This document shows, piece by piece, positions 1 through 14,382 of a stretch of 64,000 bases of DNA. Position 1 is the first letter of the stretch. Each line of letters begins with the position of its first letter. The DNA comes from Octopus sinensis (Eukaryota), in assembly GCF_006345805.1 (NCBI RefSeq), contig NC_043002.1, forward strand, positions 47,616,001-47,680,000, given 5' to 3'. The position numbers and the translations under genes are program-made. The notes beneath the pieces are model-generated. The model was not told where the DNA came from and did not search any database. It saw only the letters and a list, made by a program, of their open reading frames with translations.

Positions 1-2680
1 AAACAATCACCTTCACCAACAATATGTGTGTGTATGTGTCTATGTGTATGTTGCCCTTAATGAATGTCAGGGGAAAAATATTGTTTTGAAGAATTTATAA
101 TTTGTTATGATTTGTAACTGAGAATTTCAGTCTAATCTGTAATTTTTGTAAGCTAAATCCATGTTTTCCATATTTTAGTGAAATGATAAATTGGTCTGCT
201 AGAGTGTTTACTTGTTTCTGTGCTTCATTAATAAACATTGTATTTTGTGAATGGCATTAACAAGTTGAATGTGGTGTCTAGAATGTTAGTGTTTAATATC
301 TGATGGCTTTATTGAGCTTCACATATAATAGTTTTCAAACTAGATTCTGAAGAAGTGTTAATTTTTACAAGAACTTGATAAGATTTCCTATGGGATTGAG
401 CAGATGACTACTGAAGAGAAATAGCATATAACCTTATTCATTTAATAGCATTCATTAAGCTAATTCAGTGGTGATATTAAATATTAAATGTATGTTGTAG
501 TCCAGATCCTTAAATAAGCTGCAATTTATGAAACTATGGCACAGGTAAATTTCTGTTGATAAATGATATATTAGCCAAATTTCCTGAAAATAGAGAGCCA
601 GTCATGAAATCATGTCTTTTGTGTTGTGATTTGTCAATGTGTATGTATGAGTGCATATATATAAATATAGTATTTATATATGCGCTATCTATAATCATCC
701 CATCTTTAGTATAGACCTACTTTAGGATGTTAAAAGAAACCAGCCATCATTGTAAAGATAATAGGGAGTGTTAGTAGTGGATTTGACAGCTACATCTATT
801 CAAGTCTAAAAGACAATACAGATATGTTACTAACTCTTAAATATACTGCTTCTAAAGGTTTAATAAGGTTGATATCCAAATTATGATTTAGAGTTTTGGT
901 TTTTATTACAAAATAAATTACTGAGATAAACTGTGACAAAAGAGTAATAAAAACATGTTTTCCTTTTGTTATTTACTCCTTAATATAACCTAAGTGCTTT
1001 AGCTTGTCTATTATAATCAATGATGTAGAAAAAAATTTTAATATTACTGTTTTTTGAGAATATAATTAATTAGGGTTTAGGAATATGTTGCAGCTGTTTT
1101 ACATAGTTGAAGTAGTTAGTAAAAAAGCTTATTTTATTTTATATAAAAATACATATCAGGCTGTGTCATAATTTGATTATATTTCATTTATCAACACGAA
1201 ACATCATTATATATATGACAATGATGATGATAAGAAGGAGAAAAGAGTAGAGAGATGGGAAGAGAAATATAGTGTATGACTGAACAGCTGAAGCAAGATA
1301 CAATGAGGAAACAGAGCAAAAGAAATAAGAAGAAGAAAAAATAATGAAAGTTAATGATACTATAGAACTATACATAACACACACACACACACAAATACAT
1401 ACATGTGCCTACATGCACATATGTATATAAATAAAAGCACACTCATCTAAGTGGATAGAATAAACTACCAGCAACAGAATTCAGCTGTTCATGTTCTATT
1501 ATTGGCTCTGTGTTTTGATAACCAAGGCCACATTATTTAGCATTGAAATGGCTCAGTTCACTCATCTGGGAACTGGTATAGCAGAAGGAACAAGTAACAG
1601 CTATGAACAGCAGGAGCATTGTAAAATGGATAAATGTCTCATTATATCGTAGGCTCCTGTCGGTCTAGAGAAACAACTCCAATACTCATCCCTAGACCAA
1701 AGTTCTCTGATCGTTTTAACCTCTCTTGCCATTGGATTCATCATTCACAGACACTCGCTACCAAACTGACACCATATCAGGGACTGATCGGTTCTCAAGT
1801 GATACAACACCTTTTGTTGCATTCATTATTTGAATAAAACATGTGAACACTTTGTTTTAATACTCTGAGTTCTGAAAGTTACCTCACCTCTGAATAGGTA
1901 ACCTTAGGATTTATATATATATATTTATATACATGTGTGTGTGTGTTGTGTATGCGTATATGAGAGATATGTGTGAATACATATATGATGTTTATATACA
2001 TGCACAAACGTGGATACTCACTCCCATAAATACACACACAAACACACATATATACACAGACATACAAACACATACAGACAAACAAGCACACACACACGCA
2101 AAACATTTAAACAAGAAGTGATATTAAAGATGAAATAATTTTCCACCTTCCATAGTATTTGAAACTGCATACTAACTTTTCAAAGATATGGTTTTCAAAT
2201 AAGGAATTTTAATAGCTATGAATGAGAAATCACATGTATGTTATTTGTTCGTATGTGTGCATATGTGTGTGTGTATGAATGAGAGAGAGAGAGAAGGGGA
2301 AAGAGGGAGGAAGAGAGAAAGAATTATAGTAGAGCGGAGAGAGGAAGAAGAGAACTGAAGAAAGATACAGAGAGAAATTGAAAATGAAAAAAAAAGAAAA
2401 ACAGTGCTTGATATTACATAAACTGGCAACATTTCTGCTACTCTGCTACAACTTTATTACTACTTTCAGTCTTTCAACATCTCTTTTCTTAAATCCTCCC
2501 TGGTTTACCCAAGCAGTCTTGATTCCTGAGATTTTTCTTTTGTGCACTATTGTGGCCTGATTTTGGGGTTGTGAGTGAATTTGTAAAAAGATTTGGGGAG
2601 AAATGGTTATGTTGTTTCAAGTCAAACAAACATTATCATTGATATATGTATCACTCACTTTCTCTCACCTTCTCTCCTCC

Positions 2681-2724
<44 letters not shown>

Positions 2725-2849
2725 CTATGTATTTACTATGCTCTTTTATAGCTCCACATGATCAAGCCCATGAAGAAGTAAATAAAAAAAGCAATCAAAT
2801 ATCTCCTTTAAGTCACACTCCAAGACATTGAAAATATGTATATATATAT

Positions 2850-2893
<44 letters not shown>

Positions 2894-3120
2894 TATTAAA
2901 TAATGTAATCATAAATTCCCTATATATGTAGAAAATAGTTGATCAGGCCTAAGATGCCTTTTGTCTTAGATTTGCTCAATCAAGTTTGACCTGACCCTAA
3001 ACATCAACTGTGGAATGCTTTGTCACACTAAATGTAAGCTCTATTTTCCCTTTTGCCATTCTTCCTCAGACACAGGAATATATTTTTCATAGATATAAAT
3101 TAAATGAATCAATATTTTTA

Positions 3121-3519
3121 ATATTGTTATTTTTCAGGATGGTCATTTTTTTCTTTTCTTTTGCCAAATAAACACATGCACTGTATATTTGTTCTTCACA
3201 CATTTATTGTTTTTATTAAACCTTGTGTCCATTGTCTGGAAATCTTTAGTCACACACATATATGACCTCTTCAGCAACTCTTCCATCCATGTCTTTCCTC
3301 TTTTTTTTAGTCTATTCTGTCTCTCTATGACTAAACAGAACAGGAAGAAACACGTGGATGGAAGAGTCATTGAAGATGTCACCAATGTGTGATGAAAGAT
3401 TTTCAGACAATGGACATAAGCTAAAATAAGAACAATAAGAAATGAGTGGAGAACGAATATATAGTGTGTGTATTTATTTGGTAAGAAATAAGAATGACCA
3501 TCCTGAAATAAAACAATAT
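3121..3519. mobile_element. Old fold-back (whole-length palindromic) MITE-like element, ~400 bp
   Basis: The end atattgttatttttcaggatggtcatt (3121) is the reverse complement of aatgaccatcctgaaataaaacaatat (to 3519). Internal segments also pair (tgtccattgtctggaaatcttt / aaagattttcagacaatggaca; ctcttccatcca / tggatggaagag). Centre near 3313-3328. Confidence 0.8.
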
Positions 3520-4312
3520 CAGTTTCAACACATTATTTCACACCAGGAATCTTTCAAAGAAAATTCATAAAAGTAATATTTCTAATTGTTCATATTTAAT
3601 TGAAAATAGATTAGGTTACTAATTTCAGAAGTTTTTTCTATTGAGTTTTTTCAGAAGATTTTCTACCTAATAATCATAGTTAATTTGGTTGGTTGAATGA
3701 ATGGAGACAAGATTAAGATGACATAATTAAAAATAATAAGAAAAGATAAATAGAAATATTGTAAACAAAATAAGGTAAAAATATTTATGATGAATAAATA
3801 TTTACAATATTTAAAAATGATAAATACAAATATTTATTGTAGAATATATTTAATATGAGCAATTAATTAAGGTTTGTAGTAATAAAGGAATGTAATAAAA
3901 TGGAGGAAATATACTGCTATTTGTAAGATAACAGTAATTCTTTTCCTCTGAAGTATGCACTCAGTTATGTTTATATCAAATATAGATAGGCTTATATACA
4001 TTTTTCAATATTTATCTATCCTTACTTAGATATTTTATGCATAATTAAATTACATTTTAAAAAAATATATAAACAAAGTTCTATATCTGTTACTTTCAGA
4101 AAATATCGAACCAAATTATTCTGATGTTTCAATGTCAGTTCATTGCAGCTGTAGCTAAGATCCTTTTTAAACATTTATCTTTCAATCAATTTAATGTATT
4201 GTCACTTGCTGAATTTTGTTATATTCATTTGTGGGTTTGGGAGAAACTAATTTTATGAATCTTATACTACAGAAACACAATGAGAAAGAAAGATAAGAGA
4301 GGGAGAGAACAA

Positions 4313-4352
<40 letters not shown>

Positions 4353-7300
4353 GAAAATAAGGAAGTTAGGAACCAATGAGATACTTCTCACCTTGTCACA
4401 TAGACTAATGATATTAAATATATCTCATGAAATGTTCCACTTTGCTGTGTAAAATATAATTTATTGGGCAATAGTAAATAAACACTCAATATGTAAATCT
4501 GAAATTTGAAGCTAAATGTTTCTAAATTGAGTTCTATATTTAAAAATAAATGCACGTCTTAAAAAACAATTATATATATATATAATATGATTGAAAGTAT
4601 TATATGTGTGAGTTAAAGAAATTCTTGAAATTATAAAACACCTGATGTGCTCCATAAAACTAAGATTTTCTAAAGTGTAGATTTATTAATTTGAAATACT
4701 ACACTTGATACCTAGCATGAGATAAATATCCTAACTATATTTGAAGTGCAAGCTAATTTCTATTAATATGCGTATTCCATTTATAAATATAATTTTATAT
4801 AATTTTCAAAGATATAAAAATTTTAAGAAAAATTAAAGTTTTCATAAGAATCATTTTATTTGTCAGTGAAAACCAACAATTAAAAAATTCATTCAATATA
4901 TTATGTAATCATAGAGAATTTAATTATTAAAGTTCTACAAATAGAATGAAGAAAGATCTCTTTTCCTCAATGATAAAACAGAAGATAAGCCAGACTTAGA
5001 TTTAAAAAAAAAGTAACTGAGAATTGTTTACACATTCCCCAGGCAGTTAGATAAATCTACAGGAATATAATCTATGTCAGGTTAGTGACGATAACATTTA
5101 ATTTGAAGATGATTCAATACAAATCTGAAAATATGCCTAATAATTTGCCATTTTGATTAAGTTGTAACATTTTCTTGCATACTTTTTAGTAAGCAATTAT
5201 CAATGGAGAATTGTAATTCTTTAGCAAATTGTTTATATGAAATCAGGAATAAATTCGTGAAATGAACAAAGACACAATGTTCTAATATAATATTCAACAG
5301 AGTTTCTCCCCAACCGATATATATGTATATATATATATACAAATATATATATGTAAAGAAAAATGAAGAAATTTATGCAGCTTTTCGTTTGCGCATATTT
5401 ATCATATATTTATCATATATTCATTTTATATTTGTTAAGATGTATTTCTCACCTGAAAGATTTGGAATTACAAAATAATATTTAGTTGTTCTTAGTTTCC
5501 TTTCCAACTTTTTAACTAAAAAAAACAAAACATTTTTTCTTGAAAATGTCTATTGGATTAAAGTAAGCATTCATAAATCAACAAAGCCATTTTATGACTG
5601 ATATTAAGTAGATTCCAAATTGAATGTACTAATGAATCAAAGAGGCCAGAATTTTTAATTTATTATGAAATCTTAAAACGTTAATATTTAACCATATTTT
5701 GCTTAAGTAAACAAATTTCTTACCTGTAAAACAAAATATTAAAAAAAAAATTAAATTACACGTTCTATAATATCATACAAGCTGAGTGAAATAGTGAAGA
5801 AATTCTCTTTCATAGTTTGAATTACTTGTGAACCATATTTACTACAGTAAGTTTTATTCACTACATATGAATAAAAGAAAATAACTTAATCAGCTTGCTT
5901 TTCTATTTATAGAATTCTCTTTACAGCTCTATGACTTATTAAGGTATCTATGCAGTACAAGATTTTAAGATATATCTTTATAAACATCCCAACTAAAAGA
6001 GAGTTAGCACATGAATTTAACAAAATGAAAAATTCCATTTTAGGATTCCATTGAAGAGATTTAATTTAGTCACTTGCAATCACAATTGTTGACATAATTT
6101 AAAACCTATTGAACTCATCTGGATTGAGGTAAAAATTTGAATGAAAAATTAGAAATAATAAAAATAGTCCTTTAAAATAAAATTTTTTTGAATATCTATC
6201 AAGTCTTTATATTTAAACATTTAAACGCATTTACATTCTAAATATGAATTTTGGTTTCAGTCTTGAGAAACCATGAAATATCAGTTATTGCATCTGATGA
6301 ATTCAATATATAGTTCAATATCAACATAGATTCAATACAAATACTACAAGAGTTTCAACATTTCTGTTAAATATTTTGTTGATCTTGAAGCTTTATATAA
6401 ATGATGGAAATATGATGTAGCTACTGATTTAATAAATTATTTTATCTATTTGCCATTGTACAACTTACACAGTAATTAATTATTAAATTTTTTGGTAGAA
6501 GTTGAATTTCTATGTATATCTGCATGTACATAATCACACGCATATGGAAAAAGATATATATATATATATTTATATGTATATAATTACACATGAATAATAT
6601 GTATAAATTTATATACATATGCATACACATATATATTTGCATATAATATTCAAATACAAGTATACATTAGAGCTATGCGTTATCAAACAATATTATACAA
6701 TACAAGTTATAAGTGAAAAAGAAAGTTTACAAAATCCCAAAATTATCATAACACATGAATAAGTGTTAGATCTGATAGAAAAGGCGTTTACCACAACGAA
6801 ATTAACCAACACCAGCAAAAACTAAACTGTAAATAATTGAAATATTGTTTGAATTTTGTATGATGATATTCTTCATGCTGTCTTAATTCACTTGAAAATA
6901 TTCAGTTCATGTGAATGTAAATTGATAACAGAATATGTTAACAAATCTACATTTTGCTACCAGAAAAACAAAAAAACTAAAAAATAGGTAAGTACAGAAT
7001 ACTTGTTTCTAATATATCGTTATTAGGTTAACTCTGTGCTTAACTATTAATCTAATGTTATACTTTCATGTAATGAGAACATTTTAATATATATTCCATT
7101 TGTTTATTTAATATGAAATAGACTAAACATCATTATATTCTAATATTCTGATAGTCTTGTTCATATTATTGAACAATATCTATTTTTAATTTTAAATAAC
7201 CTACCTATACACTCTACATTACAAAAACCATGTATTAAAATGTATCCATATAATTCTACTTCAAAATTTTCAAGAAAGCACTTGTTATTGATTGTTAAGA

Positions 7301-8289
7301 TATTTTCTTTACCGAGAAAGGAAAAATAGGATTTCACAAACTTCATTGAAATTTTGTTTTATCATTCTAAATTATAATTATGAAAATTGATTATCTTTAA
7401 TATTAGAGGCAGTTTGAAGAAAATTATTTCCTGATAATATAAGTTAGAATGTTATCATTCCTTTGCTTTCAGACATATCTGGCTCATTCACATTTCTCAC
7501 TATACTTGTTAAATAGGCTTCCTTTCATACTAGTCATTATTGAAATTTAGACAACAATGACTCAAAATGAATGTTAAGTTAATACATAGAACTAAAAATT
7601 GTCTGCAAGAAAACATTTCAATTATATGCAGATACCTTAATTTGTTAAGTTTTTGAATTGTTCTTGAAACAAGTCACTGATTAGATCTTGGATGATAACA
7701 TAGAAGTTAAGCAGCAGGTAATAACTGTGACCTCTGTAATATTACATAAGTGGAAATGTGACTACACAAGCAAGAGAATACCTGACTCAATCAGACAGTA
7801 AAATTTGCTTTAATTTAGAACCTTATATTTGTCATCAAATATATTATTATATATGAGGATTGTTCTTGCATGTGAAGGGCATAACACTAGAAATGCTGCA
7901 TGCATGTGAAATATCTAGCATCTAACAAGACTGTGGTCATTATATAATGAAAACTGAATTTTACAAACACCAAACATCCTTCAATAATTCATTTCTTTTA
8001 AAAATTTCAATACATTAAACTAATATAGTAAGAAGGATGAAAGTTTTTTATACTCATATATCAATTTTATTTTTGAAACAATAGTATATATTTTTGTATT
8101 CACTAGTCTTCTTCAAATAAAATACTCCACAGAGACACACTTTTTAAAGAAGACTGGAAATTAATGAATTCAGGAAAAGACCTAAGTAGTGTCAAAATAT
8201 TTGGAACATCAATATTAAGATATTAAAAAAATTTGTAATAAAGATATACAATTCTGATAACCATTTTTCTCATAAAATCCAACTAAAGA

Positions 8290-8537
8290 CATCAAATATT
8301 TACATGAACATACACATATATATGCATATAATATATATATGTATAAATATATATGCATATATATATGTATATATATATGCATATATATATGTATATATAT
8401 ATGTATGTGTATATACACACATATATATATATACATACATGTATGTGTATATACATATATATATATACATGTATGTGTATATGTATATATATGTGCATAT
8501 ATATATATACATATGTGTCTATATATATAGATATATG

Positions 8538-8574
<37 letters not shown>

Positions 8575-8952
8575 GATATGTATATATGTGTGAATGTATA
8601 TATGTATATATGTATGTATATATATATATATGCGCATATATATATGTATATATATATATGCATTTATATATATACGTATATATATTATATATGTATATAT
8701 ATATACATATATATACACATATGTATATATCTATATGAATGTATATATATAGATATATATATGTGTATATATATGTATATTTATATGTATACATATACAC
8801 ATTATATATATATACATACGTACATTATATATATATATATATATATACGTACATACATATATACATACATATATATATATATATATGAATATTTATATAT
8901 GTATATATATATATGTATATATATGTATATATATATATGTATATATATGTGT

Positions 8953-9020
<68 letters not shown>
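8290..9020. repeat. Complex (TA)n/(TATG)/(TACA) microsatellite field
   Basis: About 730 bp of nearly pure alternating TA with G/C interruptions. Confidence 0.97.
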
Positions 9021-9024
<4 letters not shown>

Positions 9025-9449
9025 GAAAAATGTGGACAAAAATGAATTAAAATTTCTAAATATGAAATGAATAAGTAATTTTCTAAGACAAAAATTTTTT
9101 AAAGGTTTATAACTTAAACATAACTTATATATACAGTATATTAAAATCTAAATTCTAGAAGGTGAAATAACTGGTCATGGTTACACTAAATTAGAGGCAT
9201 AACATTTATTGCTTTTTTATTTTGAAGTAGTAAAGTTAGTTTTATCTTGATTCTTGACTTCAGAGCAAATATTATACCTATTTACAACTCAGTTTTAGCT
9301 AGTGTTAGTTTATTCCAAATATTGTCAAATAATATTTAAAACTTTCTCCAAAACTCTTTTTGGACAATAAAAAAATTTCATAGCAGCAAAAATTATTGTA
9401 ACAGTTGCAGAGACTAAAACAAGTCAATATTTTGAAATGAAAATTGTGT

Positions 9450-10140
<691 letters not shown>

Positions 10141-10346
10141 TAAAGCAATATTGTTGAATAATAATTAGAATACTAATAAGGATAAATAAATTTTCATGCA
10201 AAGAATATTTTACTTTTTTTTAATATCTAAAGATAAACATTAAGCCAAAATATGGAAATTAACCAGGCAACACACAAAAGAACAGTACATGAACACATAA
10301 AAGTGAATACACACACATACACGCTGACACGCACAGACACACTCAC

Positions 10347-10730
10347 AAATTAATGTATCCAATAACATGCAAACTGTTGCATGCAGTGCATGATATAGCA
10401 GGCAAATATGAAACACAATGATAACAATATGTAAAAAACATAATAGACAAAAGAGTAGAGGTGAGTGTAATGGTGAAAAATGGCAGTGGCAGCGGTGGTG
10501 AGGCTGAGAAACACAGCAGCAGTGTCAAGGTATAAACCATTTAAAAGACGAACAACTGTTGGTGGAAATAGTGAGACGTGTGCCAAGAGTTTGTGAGAAA
10601 GAGAGAGATAGAGAAAGAGAGAGTAGCTATCCATTTGTGCGAGAGAAATGTACGTCAAGCAGTAAGTTTAATAGCAGGATTGTTTTGTCTTTTATACCAT
10701 CCTCGTCTTGGACCAGTCCAGGTGGCGCTA
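10347..10730 (-). promoter_or_regulatory. Candidate TATA promoter and first exon on the minus strand
   Basis: Locally CpG- and GC-enriched island. CTCF-like CCAGGTGGCGCTA (+, 10718-10730), minus-strand TATAAAAG (10696-10689), TGACGTA (10657-10651) and a consensus donor GTGAGT (10346-10341). Confidence 0.35.
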
Positions 10731-11557
10731 TGAAGTCAGAAGGGCCAGTTTGAAATATTTGCCATAAAAATAACTATCGATATATAAAATCTATACTAAA
10801 ACCAAAATAAATTCACTCAAATACTTTAAAAAGCAACATGATTAATATAATAATACCTATTTGATTAATACAAGTTACTATAAATGAGGATTAGGATTTA
10901 TGTAACTAACAAAAAAAAAATGTATTACATTGATGTTATGATTCTAACTTTTTAAAGATGAAACATTAATGTAATTAAATATATTAATTGTATAAAAATA
11001 AAATAAAATCTAGAGTTAATATGAAAGATTGGTAATACATTAAAGTAAATACAAACAATTTTACTTTTGTAATATAGTTATCAAGTTAAATACTCAATAT
11101 ACATTCTATAAAAGATGACTTCAAAAATGAAACTTTTCTGGATTTAATTACAATTAATATAATCTTGTAGATAATACATGCATAAACATTTCTTGCATAT
11201 TTTGAAGGTTCTATCCTAATAGATCATCAATACAAGAAAAAATAATCAAACAGTTAAAAATGAAATAAAATTAATTCACTAATCTATAATTCAAATAATT
11301 GCATTCATAAACCATTCTATAAGATAATAAAGAAAAATGAAATAACACAAACTGGTAATAAGATGCAAATTTTTAATTATGAAAATTAGGTTTTTAGAAA
11401 ATATTTTGTAACTGAAATGAAAATCTAAAATATCCTTATCTTAAAATAAAAATAAATAGTATAAGAACAAAATACATCAAACTTATATCATGAAACGAAA
11501 TAATTGGTTGAAATATTGAATACAGAACATGAAGTATATGGATGTTGAAAATTTAAG

Positions 11558-11634
<77 letters not shown>

Positions 11635-13446
11635 TATATTATATATATATATATATACACATAAGACATTTCATAAGATACCTTAATTAAAGTGTAGGCT
11701 ATAATATCGAGAGAATTATATAAATTGCTTATCGATTTTTTTTAAAGAACTATAGCTGCATAAGAATTAGCAGCAGTATCAATTGAAGAAGATAGGTAGC
11801 ACGAAAGGTATTAAAGAACTGAAGAAGAGCAGAGACATTTGGAAGTAAATTCAACTGAGAAGGCATATTTATGAAATTGTGTCTTTATAATATTTCCACC
11901 ACATCTATTGAAGATAATGAAATGAAAATAATTCAAAGAACAGAAGAAGACTACACTCAAATTTTGAAAAGAATTCAAGATATAGACAGGAAAAGAACTA
12001 AGTAGATGTCTTAAGAATATAAAGATGTTTTATTCAGAGAATGGTAGATGAAACTAGGAGAAAAGATAGGATGGAATAGAATAAAAGATTTCAGATTCGA
12101 ATGAAGATATGCTTTCTTACAAATGCCCAAGTACCTTTCTAAAGTATTTAAATTCATTTGATATCATGATTTATATGGCATATTTATCTGATTAAGTTTT
12201 TAAAAGACAATCTAAATAACATTTAAAAATGTTCTTAATGTATGGAAACAAAGTACTCGCATATAAACTAAACTGATGTAAATTTTAAACTTTATTTTGA
12301 TATATTTACATTTCAATGAAAGCTGTTATTTGTCTGAAAATTCATATACCTCTGGATTAAAGTTGAGCAAATAAAGATATATAAGATGCACTAACACTAA
12401 ATACAGCTCATAAAAGCTTTATCTCAGATTAAAGAAAAAGTTCTATATATTTCCTCTAACAGCTTGTATAGAACGAATCTAAACAAGACACAAGATTGAT
12501 ATTTGTCAAATTACCACTTGCAGCTATACTACGCTTACAGTACAAACTAATCAAATATAAAATTTCATTTTAAAGAATAACTTAATCTCAAGTCTAATAA
12601 TGAAAGACAAAACTTATTTTGCACTCTTTTTAATACTTTCTTAATTGAATTTAAGAAATTTAAAATTATTTTGCTAATTAGAAAATTGTAAAATAAAGAA
12701 GGGTAATGTTATTTCTAGCAAGGTAAAGATATTTTAAGATTATTTGTGTCTGAGGAAATCCTTGTTAAGGAAGGTATAAAACCAGTTTAGAATATTGTTT
12801 ATGTGTAATCCTTATAAACAATTTTATACTACATGATTTAAAAATCTAATTCTTTCTTTGCTACTTATCAAAAAATCACTCACAATACACATATGCATAT
12901 ATATACATATATATAAACATATATATACATGAAAATATGTATATTTATATATATAGATAGATAGAGACATACACACACAAATGATCTTGTAGTTTGCAAA
13001 CAAGACCAAATGATAAATATAAAGTTGAATTTTCTTTCAGTTATTTCAAAAAGGGCAAGCAATTCTCAGTTCGACAGCAGTTCATATTATTGCCATGGAA
13101 ATAATGTTCTTGCAATCATTGACAGTTTTATGCAGAAATAACCAATTTGTGGATATTCATGCAATCATACAAATAGCTACAAGATGCACATATAATCATA
13201 CATACTATCCAATCTTAGAAAGCCAAACAATAACAATGTATTTTAAGATTACAATTCCTAAGGCAGACCAAGCTATTTTTAAGGGAAAATGCAGAAGTTG
13301 GAAGAGATAGGCAGAAGAAACAATATGAGAGATGGAGAAAGAATATTCATAGATATTAGAAAAGGAATAGATACTATAGGAGGAATATTATTACTAGTTA
13401 TATTACTGTCCCCAAACTCTTGGGCCCTTGTAGGCAATAAAATCAT

Positions 13447-13471
13447 ATCATCATCATCATCATTATTATTA

Positions 13472-13521
<50 letters not shown>

Positions 13522-13620
13522 TTAATTATTGTTATTATTACTATTATTATTATTACTATTATTATTATTACTATTATTATTATTATTATCATTATTATTG
13601 TTATTATTATGATATTGTTA
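13447..13620. repeat. (ATC)n/(ATT)n trinucleotide microsatellite
   Basis: Directly visible. Confidence 0.95.
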
Positions 13621-14267
13621 TTACTTTTATAACGCCTTTACAGTTAGATTAAAGTTATGTCATATAATTACTTATATTTTTATTTAAATTAAAGAAGGCT
13701 CTTTATTTTATATCAATGATGTATGTTTGTGTGTGTGCATATATATATATATAAATGCACACACACACACACTCACACATGCAATTATGAGTTCTATTAT
13801 ATTCTTTTAGATTGTAAATCCTTACTTTGCATTTAAAGTAGTGAATTACAGCAAATGAGAAAGCTAGGTGTTTTGCCAATATTTTCTTTTCAAAATTAAT
13901 TTAGTACCAAAATTTCACTTCATTTTATAATTGATAAGAAAATTTTATGGAGAGCAGTTGGAATAAGAAATCAATAATTATATTAAAGTGAATTCTTTTT
14001 ACCCTTTATGTAATATATTCATATATTTATATCTATATATTCATATATTTGGTTTAATCATTTGTATTACGGAATTTTATATCTTTAAAGACCAGTTAAC
14101 AGCATATGAGGGATATGATCATTTATATGGGCATATATCATGTCAAAATATATACATAGGATATACATATACAAATATTTACATTTGTATATATATATGT
14201 TTGTATACAGATATAAAAGTATTATATATGTGTGTGTATGTGTGTGCATGTGTGTGTATATATATAT

Positions 14268-14311
<44 letters not shown>

Positions 14312-14336
14312 CACACACATATACCCACACTCATAT

Positions 14337-14382
<46 letters not shown>

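Noticed and set aside
1634-1837. 67-aa ORF in a GC-richer patch
   Set aside because: No recognisable domain or splice context; probably a decayed repeat.
6293-6330. Other CTGATGA/CTGAAGA occurrences (also near 30383 and 42302)
   Set aside because: No stem II followed by GAAA; expected by chance.
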